Shown: positions 23,501 to 35,095 of the stretch, one piece after another
Layout: every line of letters begins with the position of its first letter
Numbering within the stretch: position 1 is the stretch's first letter
Assembly (NCBI GenBank): GCA_004431415.1
Contig: QPMI01000599.1
Span: forward strand, 220,859 to 284,858
DNA: 64,000 nt
DNA from: Cyanophora paradoxa CCMP329
Taxonomy: Eukaryota; Plantae; Glaucophyta
Direction of reading: 5' to 3'
Program-made: the position numbers and the translations under genes
The notes under the pieces: model-generated
What the model saw: the letters and a program-made list of their open reading frames with translations, nothing else
The model's database searches: none
Told to the model about the DNA's origin: nothing

Positions 23501-24739
23501 TCGTCTTGGCGGACATGAGCCCGCCCGTATCCTACATGACCAAGATGGGCGGGTTCACGTTCCAGGTGAAGCGACGCCTCCCGCACGCCGCGGCGCCCCG
23601 GCGTTGCTCGCAGCCTCCGCGCCTGACGCCCGGCAGGCCTACGCGTTCAGCATCGTGGGGATGGCCGTCAACATTGCCTTCAACCACGTCGTGTGCGCGG
23701 CTCCGCGGCGGGCCCCGCCCGGCTCTGGATCTGACGGCGGCGCAGGTGGGTCGTGGGAGAGCTGCGGCGGATGGACGACGCGAGCTCCTCCGACGACCGC
23801 ACGCGCATCAACGAGCACCTCTACGAGGCCCTTCTCAAGGTGTGAATAGGGCAATGCCGCGGCCGCCCGTCCGCGCGCCGACGGCAACGCAGTACAAGAA
23901 CACGCCGAGTCCGAACCCCATGTCCAGCGCCGTCGTACACCCGAAGCCGATCGGCGACTCGCCGCGCGTGGACGTCCGCGTGCAGATGCTGCAGCCGAGC
24001 GGCCGCGTGCCCGTCGAGCCCGGCAGCGCGGGGGCCTTCCCCGTGCCGGCGGCGGCGGTCGGGACGTCGGCGACGGCGCTCGAGCTGCCGACGGCGCAGA
24101 AGCTGCCGCAGCTGGGCGAGAACGCGAACCCGCTCGTCCGCTTCATCGACCGCCGCAGCTCCCTCCGCCTCCCCAAGATCTCCGACGATACCGAGGTGAG
24201 GAAACCGCCCACGGCGAGCCCAGTCCTTTGCGAACGAAACCTGCGGCAGGTCGACCTGGGAGACATCGTCTTCAAGGAGGGGCGCCTCACCACCCGCGCC
24301 ACTCCGGTGCGCAAGCGCGGAGGTTCCCATGAGATCCGGTTTCAGGCCTCATCCTGGGCGCAGGAGCAAGCCCGGATGCAGCCGCCGCCGCAGCCCGACC
24401 CGAAGCGCCTCGCGGGCCTCTTCGTGCCCTCGGTAGCGCTATCCCCGCTCCGACTTGCACTGCTTCCAGCCGCCCGCGCTCAGCGGCGGTGCCGCGCAGG
24501 TGCTGCCCCGCAAGTACTTCGCGTTCGACCTGTTCGGCCTCCAGCTCGGCGAGCTCCGCGTCGCGAACCGCGAGGTGAGACGCGCGCGCCGACGCCGGCT
24601 TCGAGTGTTGAACGACGGCTCACGATCACGCCGGCAGGTCTACATCGTCCGACTGCGGGTGGTCAACATGTGGGTCCGCGCGATCTTCATCACCGCGTTC
24701 ATCATCAGCACCGCCTGCTTGTTCACCATCAGCCCGTAG
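17534..24739 (+). CDS. Cys-less (Pro-loop) pentameric ligand-gated ion channel subunit with signal peptide and long N-terminal Ig-like repeat region; many exons
   Basis: Signal peptide-like LAATFSALFALALLALLPGIDAS. Extracellular-domain exons VDLTLMQDW, ILNTIW/VPETVF, NGTVRLYQRYIQTFF/ADINVRDFPFDQQ/TLTIQ. M1 VVNLLIPLLLICLSVIFTFFQ; M2 DNRVVACETALLGTLAFSFVLADMSPPVSY; M3 FTFQ/AYAFSIVGMAVNIAF; long loop; M4 VNMWVRAIFITAFIISTACLF-TISP-TAG. Continuity of the 5' half with the channel half is inferred. Confidence 0.82.
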
Positions 24740-25002
24740 TCTAGTTCGCGCAATCGTTGGGAACATGTCATGAATGCAGGCTTAGGATGGGGGGTTCGCA
24801 TTCTGTAGCAAGGCAAGCATGTTGCAAGGGGGGAAAGAAGACCGCAGGTCTTCCCCCCTTGCTTCCCGTTCCCTCGCTTCAGCCAAAAGTTTTCTATGAG
24901 GCCGTTTTCGAGGTCCAGTTTGCAACAAAAATGTGCCGAAATTCGGTTGCAGCGACACGTGTTTGTCGCTGCGGCCGTCCATGCAAAAAAAGGTTTTCGA
25001 GG

Positions 25003-25160
25003 GCGAAGACCAGTTTTCCTTGACTTGAAGCCTGGAAACCAACTTCTCTCTCATTCCGATCTTCGAATTCCTTCCGCGGATCTAGCGAAGACCAGTTTTC
25101 CTCGACTTGAAGCCTGGAAACCAACTTCTCTCTAATTCCGGTCTTCGAATTCCTTCCGCG
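25003..25160. repeat. 82-bp tandem duplication (2 copies)
   Basis: GCGAAGACCAGTTTTCCT...CTTCGAATTCCTTCCGCGG starts at 25003 and again at 25085. Confidence 0.9.
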
Positions 25161-25446
25161 GTTCTGCATGGAACCAGTTCTCCCTATAGCTAGCTGTCTC
25201 CTGTAGATTTCGGCTTCCTCGCTTATCAGCTGTCTCCTGTAGATCGCAGCGTCTGCTTATCAGCCCTTTTCTACTCTTTACAATCACATATAATCTGTCT
25301 CTATCTTTACTACTTCAACCTGCCGCGCGCGCTGGGCCGGGGTCGATCTACATCTGCCCCGTGCATGTTCGTGCCACTACTACTCTTTCATTCGATCCAG
25401 ATTCCCCCCTTGCACCCCCGGCGCGAGAATCGCGGCCGGGCCCCTA

Positions 25447-27405
25447 GTATATACAGGCTGAAGTATAAGTAGGTTAGTTCGCGTTTGTTCTTTTCGGCTA
25501 TAACTTTTATTTGAAAGCTCTGCGCATGCTCGCTTTGATTTGCTCTACAAGGGCTACATCTTGCGATCGGTACCGGTTTTCAGTGTGCGATCGGCGAATT
25601 CGAAGCTGAAGCCGCCGAGCTAAAATATAATCAAGTATACGTACTCAGTGACTAGTACGTGTACAGCTGCGCATGCAGCTGCAGCTGCAGGTCCCCGGCC
25701 CACGTGCACGTGCACCGGCACTAGCTCTGCTGCCAGGCTGCGGCATGCGCAGCTTCTGCCCCGCGCGCGGTGCGCGGCCGGCCGCGCGCGGCCTCGAGCC
25801 CCGAGAGCTCATCCGAAACTCGATCTACTATACTATAGCTATAGCTAGGCTAGCCGAACGCGGCGCACCCGGCCCGGCCGCGGGCCGGCCGGGCACAAGG
25901 AGCGCCGACGCCGGCTGGCGCTCGGCCACCGCCGAGCACGCCGAGCTCGGCATTCTGGAGGACGAGGGGGAGGACTCCCCTGGAGAGCGCTAGCCGGCGC
26001 CCGCTCGCCTCGAGTCCCGCAGCATCCAAAGCCCGGCCCGGCCCGGCGGGCCCGGCCGGGCCGGCCCCGGGCCCCGGCTGCGCGCGCCGCCTCATGCTCT
26101 GCTGCCAGGCTGCGGCATGCGCAGCTTCTGCCCGCGCGCGGTGCGCGGCCGCGCGCGCGGCCTCGAGCCCGAGAGCTCATCCGAAACTCGATCTACTATA
26201 CTATAGCTATAGCTAGGCTAGCCGAACGCGGCGCACCCGGCCGGCCGCGGGCCGGCCGGGCACAAGGAGCGCCGACGCCGGCTGGCGCTCGGCCACCGCC
26301 GAGCACGCCGAGCTCGGCATTCTGGAGGACGAGGGGGAGGACTCCCCTGGAGAGCGCTAGCCGGCGCCCGCTCGCCTCGAGTCCCGCAGCATCCAAAGCC
26401 CGCGGCCCGGCCCGGCGGGCCCGGCCGGGCCGGCCCCGGGCCCCGGCTGCGCGCGCCGCCTCATGAGGCGGCGCGCGCAGCCGGGGCCCGGGGGCCTGCA
26501 ACTGGAGCTGCTCACAAGAAGTTGCAGGCTTGCACTAGTACTGCGGCAGCATGCAACAGTCCGGGATCATGATCATATCCGATGATCCGACGCCGGAGTC
26601 CGGACGCCGCCGGCCCGGCGGGACGCGGCCGGACTCCCGGGACTCCGGAGTCCGGACTCCGGACTCCGGAGTCCGGATCCGGAGTCCGGGTCCAGACTCC
26701 AGAGTCCGGGAGTCGCGAGCCTCGCCGCCCTCGCGAGCCTCGCGATCGGAGTCGCGGCGCCGGCGCCCGGCCGGACTCCCGGGACTCCGGACTCCGGATC
26801 CGGAGTCCGGAGCCGCCGCCGCGGCCGGGCCGGCGCCGCCGGGCCGGCCCGCCGCCGGGCCGCCGGACCGATGGCCAATGGCCATGGTTTCAAGAAAACA
26901 AAGGTGACGCGAGTCCGTCATGGCGTCCATGCGGCCCGTCATGGATCAGGCGCCAGCTCACCTGAGTTTGAACCGATGGAAGCCTAGGCCTGGGACGGCG
27001 CGCGCCGGCGCTGCCCGCTGCAGGATCACATGAAGCGCGGCCGGAGCTGGGACCCGCAGCACTGGCACCGCGGCTTGAAAGTGCGAGCAGCGACAAAAAT
27101 CGCCGGTTTGGATTTCAAGACAATGGCCACGCGATACTTCCTCTTCCGGCCAGCGAAGCGAAAGAGGCTGGAGGCGTTGGATACATCGGATGCACTCGCA
27201 TCACAGCAAAGATTCATCGGCGCGAAAGCGCACTCAGCCGGGGGAGACCTCGGCACGCCTTCTCAGCTTCAACTGGCCCCACCAGCTAAATGAGCTCGGG
27301 GCACCCGCTTCGCTGGCCGCAGCCTCGTCCAAACCACCTTCTGCCGCCGCCCACCGAAACTTATCGACGAATTTTGCAATGTGTGTATCCTAATCCGGCG
27401 CTCGG
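25447..27405. repeat. Composite dispersed repeat, copy B (empty for the TIR element; internal ~372-bp tandem duplication)
   Basis: Homologous to copy A. GCTCTGCTGCCAGGCTG...CGCCGCCTCATG is repeated from 25724 and from 26096. Confidence 0.88.
26590..26812. repeat. Palindromic low-complexity array built of TCCGGA/GACTCC/GGAGTC words
   Basis: GACTCCGGAGTCCGGACTCCGGACTCCGGAGTCCGGATCCGGAGTCC...; similar shorter arrays lie at ~17181-17222 and ~60231-60290. Confidence 0.88.
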
Positions 27406-27848
27406 CTAGCCGACCCGGCCTCCTCCGAGTCTGCCCCCCCGGGCCCTAGGCCTGTCCTGCTCGTGACCAACTTGCACCACTCGCATGGGCATCGCGATCC
27501 GGGGACTTGTATGGCCGCGCGCGGAGCACGTGCGGATCCGCGGATCAGATCCGCCCCTCAGGGCCTCCCGAGTATCGACCTCAGACTTGCCGAATATACT
27601 CAATCGCAAGCAGGGGAAGCTCCAAGTCTAAATTTAAAGATCCCATTGGAAATGCCAGCTATATAGCGATATATGACTAAGCACTGCAGCAACTTCTTGT
27701 GACTATCGCTACTCTGTTCTAGATCTGCCCTGTCTTCATCGTGAAGTTCGGCTCTGTTCTGTTCTGACCCTCGAGCTCAGTGACTCTGTCCCGGAGTCCT
27801 GCTCTAGATTTGTCCTGACGAGCCGAATCTAAGCCATCGAGCTCACCA

Positions 27849-30482
27849 TCAGTACTCTAGGCGAAAGATATGGAGGCGCCTCCCGAGAGCTCCAGCGAGG
27901 ACCCCTCCAGCACGGCGCAGGCGTCTGTGCACATTAGGTTCAGGTGGATCCCCCTGCGCGGCGGTCAGCGAATGAGTAACTAGGGCGCAGTGGGCGAGAG
28001 GGCGAGCTATTTTCGGATGCCGGCGCACCAGACTTTCCCCGCGTTCTCCTCCAGGGGAACGTACGCCCGGCTCCTGCCCGCAAGTCAGCGAGAGAACTCC
28101 CTTAATCATCGAGCCGGGGCCCAGGAGGGCCGGGCCGCGGCCGCGCCTGTTGGCGTCAAGGACAAGGGTGCCGTAGCTCTCGAGACGGTCGTAGAACGAG
28201 TTGTGCGCCAGCCGCGCCTGCACCGTGTCGATGATGCCTGCGCGGGGCCCCTCAGGGGAGATCGAGGGAGGGTAGATGGGGGGTAGAGGCGCCGAGCCTC
28301 GGAGCCAGTCGCTACGGCACACGAGCCGAGCCGAGCTCAGCCGGGCTCAGACGAGCTGAGTAGGGAATCGAAGATAGCCGCGGAGATAGAGGCGCCGGCG
28401 CTAAGCTTCTTCGATCGCTACTCTGAGACGAGCCGAGCCGGCCGCAGGGCACCTCTTGAGACGCGTAAGCGCCTCACTGGCGCGCTCCTCGAGTCCGCCA
28501 CATACATCTGGAGGGCGCGCGGGGGGGGAGGGGGGGGGGGGAAGGCTCAAGGGGGAGGGGATGGGGATGGGGGTACTGCGTGCGGCACCTCGGTGAAGTA
28601 GAGCGTGTCCGTGGGGGCGTAGTAGCCCTGCGAGTGCACGATCGGGTAATAGACCGTCGCTGCGGGGGTACGGGGCGTCAGGGTGGGGGGTGGGGGGGTA
28701 CGGCGCGTCAGGCAAGGGGGAGGCTCGCCCGCGGTCCCCACGCCTGCGCCATCGAGAGGCGTAGTGAGGGGAGGGAAAGGGGAAGGGGGAGAAGGAGGGG
28801 GGGCGAAGCCTGGGCACCGTCCCTGCCGGTCTTTGCGGTGCCCAGCGGCCCCGTCACCGTCCGTATCTGCGGCGCCCGCTCAGCCCCTCCGCGGCCTGGA
28901 AGGGGAGAGGGGTGGGGTGGGGGTGGGGGGTGGGGGGGGCGCACCGAGCGGGCGCCCAGCTTGACGACGCGGAGGTGGTGCGTCCACTGCAGCGGGCCGG
29001 GCGTGGGTGGGAGCGGGGGGGGGGGGGGGGGGGGGGGGAGGGGGGGGGCGCGGGCACGGGTGGGGCGGAGGGAAGGGGGGAGGAAGGGGGCGGGGAGGGA
29101 GGGGGGTGGGGCGTACCCACTGGGCGTAGACGAGTGTGTCGTTGTCGATCTGAGTCCGGGCCCGAGGGCGTCGGGCGGGGCCGGGGGCGGGGAGGGGAGG
29201 GAGGGGGGCGGGGCATATGGAAATGAGAAGGCCTCGCCCGGAGCTTAGGGGCTAAAGCCTCTGCCCCTCGCAGCGCCACGCGAGCGGCGCACGAGGGCCA
29301 AGCCGCCGTCCACCGAGTCGAGCCGCGCGGCGCTGCCGACGCCGTCCAGGCTGCCCCGCGACCGATCCGTCGGGCCCAGCAGCGTCTTCACCTCCAGCGC
29401 TGCGGGGAAGGCCGCGGCCGCACGGCCGCTCGGACCGGCGCCTCGCGGGGGGTACCGGGGGGGGGGGGGGGGGGGGGCGCACTGTTCAGGTCGAGGCTCC
29501 GGATGACGTAGCGTGACGTGAAATATAGGACGTCCTCCCTTGGGGGGGGGGGGGGGAGTCGGCGAGTCAGGGCGAGGGGTGCCAGGGGGGGGGAGGGCGG
29601 GGGGGGGGGGGGGGGGGCGGGGGGCTCACGCTGGGCTGAGGGCCTGCGCGGGTCGAGGGCGTCCGACGGTCAGGCCCCAGCTGCAGAAGCCTGAGGAAGA
29701 AGGGCGGGGCGGACCATGGCGATGGCGCCGCTGGCGGCCGCGAGGGTCCCGAAGCCTGCGGGGCTCGCCTCAGCTTGGCTCTGGCTTCCGCGGGCGCCCG
29801 AGGCCGGGGCCGAGCACCGTCCTGGTAGTTCGAGGCGTTCCCGTTTCCGGCGAGCGTGGAGAGCGTGCCTGGGCAGGGGGGGAACGTGAGGGCGCGTCCC
29901 GAGGGTTACAGCCATCTGCAAGCACGCGCCGGTCGCTAGGTCGAGCTTGCGGACGTAGTTGTTCTCCTGGTCCCCTATGTACGCCTTCGCGCAGTCGCGC
30001 GTGAGAACGACTTGCCCGCCCGAGTCCGTCCCCAGCGCGAGCCGCGCGGCTGGCGCCGAGGGGATCATATGCACGATCAGCGCGCGGGCCCGAGTGGCGC
30101 CGGCCGCGGGGCACGGGCGCGGGCGCGGGCCGCGCACTCGTCCCCACGCCGTCGACGTATCCAATTGTTCCGGAAGGACTCCCCACTACGAGGGACGTCG
30201 CGCCTGAGCGGAGCTCTCGTTAGCTGCTCGCTGCGATTGCGCGAGAGAGCGGGCAAGGGCGAGGGCGCCTGTCTTCAGGTCGACCTTGTAGATGCCCGAG
30301 TACTGCGCGCCGACCAGCAGGAAGTCCTGAGAGGGGCACAGCGCGAGCGCCTTTGGGTCGCTCCCCGTCGGCAGCGTTGCGATCGGGGCGCCGCTGCCGT
30401 CAGGCGCCGCCGCCCCCCGCCCCAGCAGCGCCAGCAGCGTTATAGCCAGCCATATGCATGCCCAGCGCGCCGAAGGGGACAT
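27849..30482 (-). CDS. Secreted NHL-repeat (beta-propeller) protein; 3' end uncertain, possibly degenerate
   Basis: Signal peptide-like MSPSARWACIWLAITLLALLGRGAAA. NHL-type exons DPKALALCPSQDFLLVGAQYSGIYKVDLKT, GTIGYVDGVG, KAYIGDQENNYVRKLDLAT, TLSTLAGNG, DVLYFTSRYVIRSLDL, PTDTLYFTE. Confidence 0.7.
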
Positions 30483-30870
30483 ACTATTAGGATCGTACGG
30501 TCGGTACCGGTGCACGCGGCACGCGACGACCGCAGTAGCTAGCGGCGCCTAGCGCTGCACTGCGGCAGTTCGAAGGATTTCGCCGCCTGCATGTAGGCGT
30601 GAGGTGGTCCAATGCGCGTTAAGGCCGATATATAGCTGTGTACCCGTCGACGTCGTCCCGGCTGTCCGCATCCCGCGCGCGGTGCAACGGTTTGCAGGCT
30701 GCAGTTGCTTCATAGAGCGATGGCTCAGCACGAAGGCGCGTCGATCATGAGCCTGCCAGGTGCGAGCTCGCTGAATTCTTATGATTAAGCTTCGCTCGCC
30801 GCTCCGGTGCGCAAGCTGAGGTTGCAATTGTCTTTGTATTGCATGCACAGACGAGGTGATACTGTTGCTG

Positions 30871-33800
30871 ATGGAGAAAGAGGCGGCGGTCAACGGAACG
30901 ATGAGCGTCCTGCGGGGCCTCGCCTCGGCGCGGCGGCGCTTCCAGCAGCTCGCGTACGGGCCGTCCTCGAAGCTTTTCGAGGAGCCCGTCTTCGTCAGCA
31001 ACCGCCTAGGCTCTCGTGCGGTGCGCCGTTCGATCGCAGGAGCCCCCCGCGGCCGCGGCGCCCGGCCGGCCCGCGCGCGCGCGCGCGCGCGCGTTCGCGC
31101 ACGGGCCGCGCCGGGCCGGGCCGGGCCCGGGCGCGCAGCATTCGGTCACGATAGCGCTAGCGCCTGCAAGTTGCGCGCGCACGCTTGCGCACGCTTCTTT
31201 CTTCTTCAATTTTAAGCCTTGACGTCGCCGTACATGCGTCGACGTTGGCTAATTATAAGCATGCGCATGAATGCAGGCGGCGGAGTCGGAGTCGACTGCG
31301 TGCGCAGCTGAAGATCGAGACACGATCGTGATGATGGACGTCGCGCGGCTGTGCGCGCGATTCGGCGAGCGCGTCGAGCGCCTGCACCTCGGCGATATCG
31401 ATGTACATGTCAGTGCGGCCAGCGAAATCCAGCTCGAGCTCGGCAATGGCATCCTCCGCCACTGCCCGAACTTGACCCATCTCTCCCTCGCCGACTGCGC
31501 TGTCGACGTCAGCGTTGCTGTCGACCGCTTTTCCCTGCCCCGCCTCCGCCACCTCGACCTTTCCGGCCTCGCCGTTCCCTTCCCGAGTCTCCGCCGCCTC
31601 CTGGGCGCCTGCTCGGCCACCCTCGAGTGTCTCTACCTCCGGTGAGCGCTCACCAGCATGTGGAAGCCTTAAGCTTGAATGTAAGCTTTCGCCCATCAAC
31701 TCACCCCGAGCCATTGCGATCGGCAGCGGTGCGCGTGTGTATCGGGATAGGGCCAGCGCGTCGTTCGGATCCGACGACGTTCTCCCAAGCCTCGACGGCT
31801 TAAGCTGCAAGTGCGCGCCGCCTGAATACCTGCAGCTGGTTTCCCACGACCGGCCCCGGCCCCCACCCCATCTTTCTGACGGGTACCCCGGACGGACAGC
31901 TTTCCCTGCCTGCAGAGCCTCGATCTCTCCTCCACAGACGTTTGCGTCGACGTAGCGGGGCTGCGAGCCCTCCTCGCCCGCCTTCCTCAGCTCAAGGATC
32001 TTTACGTGGTGCATTAATTTTCAATTTGCGGTTTGCTAATCTCTTCAATTTCGAATTCATCGTTCCTGAACTCCTGATCTGAATTTGCGGTTTGCTAGAT
32101 CTCGAGCTCTTTGCTAAGATCTAGACTCCATTGGCAGGTCGGTTCGGGCCGTCAGTACATCCACCCGGAGAGGCTGGCCGAGGCGAAAAAGCTGATCGCG
32201 AACGAGTTCTGTCGCCCTGGCCGCCTCGTCGTCTGCAAGAGCTTGGTGCGTAGAATTAGATCAGGCCTAGCTATAGCTATAGGCTTTATTATAAGGTTTT
32301 TTCATTCAACAGAACCCATTAATACTTTCTTTGCCCCGCAGCTCGAGATGGACGCCACGTCGCTGCGGGCGCTCCGCGCGCACTTCGACGGGACGGCCGC
32401 GGCGCACCCCCGCCCCGATCGCGAGGGGGAACGCCTCACCCTGGCCCGCCTCGCCGTCCCCGCTTTCTTCAAAGGTGCCCCCGCATCTTCTTCAACTGCG
32501 CTCCCGATCGCGCGGGCATCAATTAATATTCATGCGTCTAATTATACGTTTGTCTGCAGCGCTCTCTCCCCGGGCGTTCAATGGTTCCCGCGGTCTGGAA
32601 GAGGCGCGGCGCCTCGTGGAAGAGCTGGGCGTCTCTCCCCGCGCCCGCCTCGAGGAAGCACGGGCCGATCGCTGGGTGGGCTGACCGCCTCGCCGGCGCC
32701 TGCGTCGCGATCGCCCTCACTCACCGCCCTCTGAACAGGCTCCCCCGTACTTCCGCGACGTCCCTGCGTGGCTGTGCAAGGAGGGCTGGACGCCTCTGCA
32801 CCTCCTCGCCAGCTCGTCTCGGCCCGCCGACGCGCAGCAGGCGAGCTGCGCTCTCGCCCACGTCGCACTGCCCCTAGGCCTTTGCAATTGCCAACCTTTC
32901 CTGCAGCTGATCGTGGAGTGGGAGCTGGCGCCCTTCGTGAACGTGCCGCTGCCCGCCGGCTGCGGCCGCGGCCTCACCCCTCTGCTTCTAGCCGTCGAGA
33001 ACTCGCCCGGCTTGGTTGAGGCCCTTCTGGAGCACGGAGCCGACCTTTTCTACCAGGTCACATTGCTCTTTTAATTTTAAATCCTGCAGCTGTTGATGCA
33101 CTCGTGACCACGCTGCGGGCAGGACGCGTACGCGAATGGCGCGACCGCACTGCACAAGGCTTTCACAGGAATGCCGGGGCGGCCGCGGGCGCGCGTGGCT
33201 CGGACGCTTCTGCAGGCGGCAGCTCGCCAAGGGCTCGGCATCGACGTCCTCTTTGCGAGGGACGGCACCGGCCGTGGACCGCTCGACTGGCTCCTCTGCG
33301 ACGCATCGCCGCAGGAAGCAGGTGATGGAGGGGACCGGTACCAGAAGCTCTCCGGGGACCCGCTGCGCCGGGTGGGTCAGCTGGATCGCATTCATCGGGA
33401 GGAGCAGCGGGAGGCGGAGTCCGTGCGACAGGACCGGTCCATGGTCGCCGCGCACGCCATCGGCAAGCTTGAGCGGCCCCAAGCCAGGCCTAGGCCCTTC
33501 CCCTCGCCACAGCCGACTGGCCAGGCAGAGGTCCTTGGCCTCACCGGCGGCGAGCTGGAGGCCCTGGGGGTGCGCCCCGCCTTCCTGGAGGAGGCCCGGT
33601 GGGGCCGGCAGCGTCGCGAGCCTCTCTTGTTCTTCGCGGCCCGCGAGTGCACCCCTGCAGCCGTCCGCGCCCTCCTCGACGCCGGCGCCGACCCCTGCAT
33701 CTCGGTTCGAATCCCCACGGCCGTCGCGCCCGGCCCGCCGTTATCCCGTCGGCGTTGCCGTCTCATCCCGTCGCAGACCGCGGGCGGGGCGACGCTGCTG

Positions 33801-33965
33801 CAGTTCTGCAGCGCAGAGGTGCGCGGCGTCCTCCTCGACTTCGCCGCGGCGCGCAGCGTGCCCCTCGACCGCCTCGGCGGCTCGCGGCCGGCCGCGGGGC
33901 CGCGGCCCAGCTGCGGCAAGCGGGCCCGCCCCGCTGCGAGCACCTACCGCGGGGGCAGGTACTAG
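30871..33965 (+). CDS. Leucine-rich repeat plus ankyrin repeat protein
   Basis: LRR exon CPNLTHLSLADC..LPRLRHLDLSGL..ATLECLYL. Ankyrin exons GWTPLHLLAS, GLTPLLLAVENSPGLVEALLEHGAD, GATALHKA, AVRALLDAGADP. TAG at 33963-33965; start codon tentative. Confidence 0.72.
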
Positions 33966-34370
33966 TAGAACCACATCGCAATCGCAATCGCTACAGCTAG
34001 CTTTAGGGCAGATCTAGATACATGCCTAGGGAATTTTTGAAACGAAGCCTACCCGCGGCCGGGTCACTCACAAAATGACGGGTCATGATCAGCTGAGACT
34101 CAGCTCATCTCCCGGCCCAGCTCCGAGCTCTTTAAACAATGCTAGTGCATGCATGAGCTCGAGAGCCCGGAATCCGCTGTCAGAATCCGGAAATAGTGGA
34201 GTGCTGCGCGGAAAAAAGGACGTCGCGACCGGACCCTTTCCTGGACTATCCCTTGCAGCGCCTGATCCTGTGGTCGTATAGGGCCCAGACCAAGTGCATA
34301 AGAGCCTGATCCTGTTGACACCGTGCGGGCACGCTAATGTTAACGTCGTTAACAGTCCAAGCCTCCGAAG

Positions 34371-35095
34371 GGTCTCAAGAAAAAAAAACGGTTGACGCGA
34401 GTCCGTCATGGCGTCACCGCGGCCCGTCATGGATCAGGCGCCGGCTCACCTGAGCTTGAACCAAAGGATCCAGGCCATGGGCCGGCGCTGCCCGCTGCAG
34501 GATCACATGAAGCACGGCCGGAGCTGGGACCCGCGGCACTGGCACCGCGGCTTGAAAGCGCGAGCAGCGACAAAATGCGCGGTTTGGATATTCAAGACAA
34601 TGGCCACGCGATACTTCCTCTTCCGGCCAGCGAAGCGAAAGAGGCTGGAGGCGTTGGATACATCGGATGCACTCGCATCACAGCAAAGATTCATCGGCGC
34701 GAAAGCGCACCCAGCCGGGGGAGACCTCGGCACGCCTTCTCAGCTTCAACTGGCCCCACCAGCTAAATGAGCTCGGGGCACCCGCTTCGCTGGCCGCAGC
34801 CTCGTCCAAACCACCTTCTGCCGCCGCCGCCCTCCGCCGAAACTTGTCGACGAATATTGCGATGTATGCATCCTAATCCGGCGCTCGGCGGCACAAGCGG
34901 ACGGGCGCTACGTGTGCAGTCACATCGCTACGTATGCAGGCTAGAGGCCGGCGGCGAGCAGGCGGCGCTTGATGGCCTCCCGCCGCGCGATCAGCTCGTC
35001 CAGCGTATCCTCCACCGAGCGCCCGCTCAGCGGCGCCGCCCCCGCCCCCGCCACGGCCGGCGCCGGCGGCGGCGGCGGCGGCACGGCCAGCGGGG
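34371..35095. repeat. Copy C of the dispersed repeat: the last codons and 3' flank of the coiled-coil gene
   Basis: Near-collinear with 15116-15972 and 26886-27405. It lacks most of the 6-bp palindromic insertions seen in copy A. Confidence 0.9.

Noticed and set aside
28500-29620. Long poly-G runs as functional G-quadruplex elements
   Set aside because: They are C-rich intron tracts of the minus-strand gene, common across the window, and homopolymer lengths are unreliable.
34408-34770. Repeated ORF containing MATRYFLFRPAKRKRLEALD (also near 27030 and 15400)
   Set aside because: The similarity is explained by DNA duplication. The frame is broken in copy A and no domain is recognisable.
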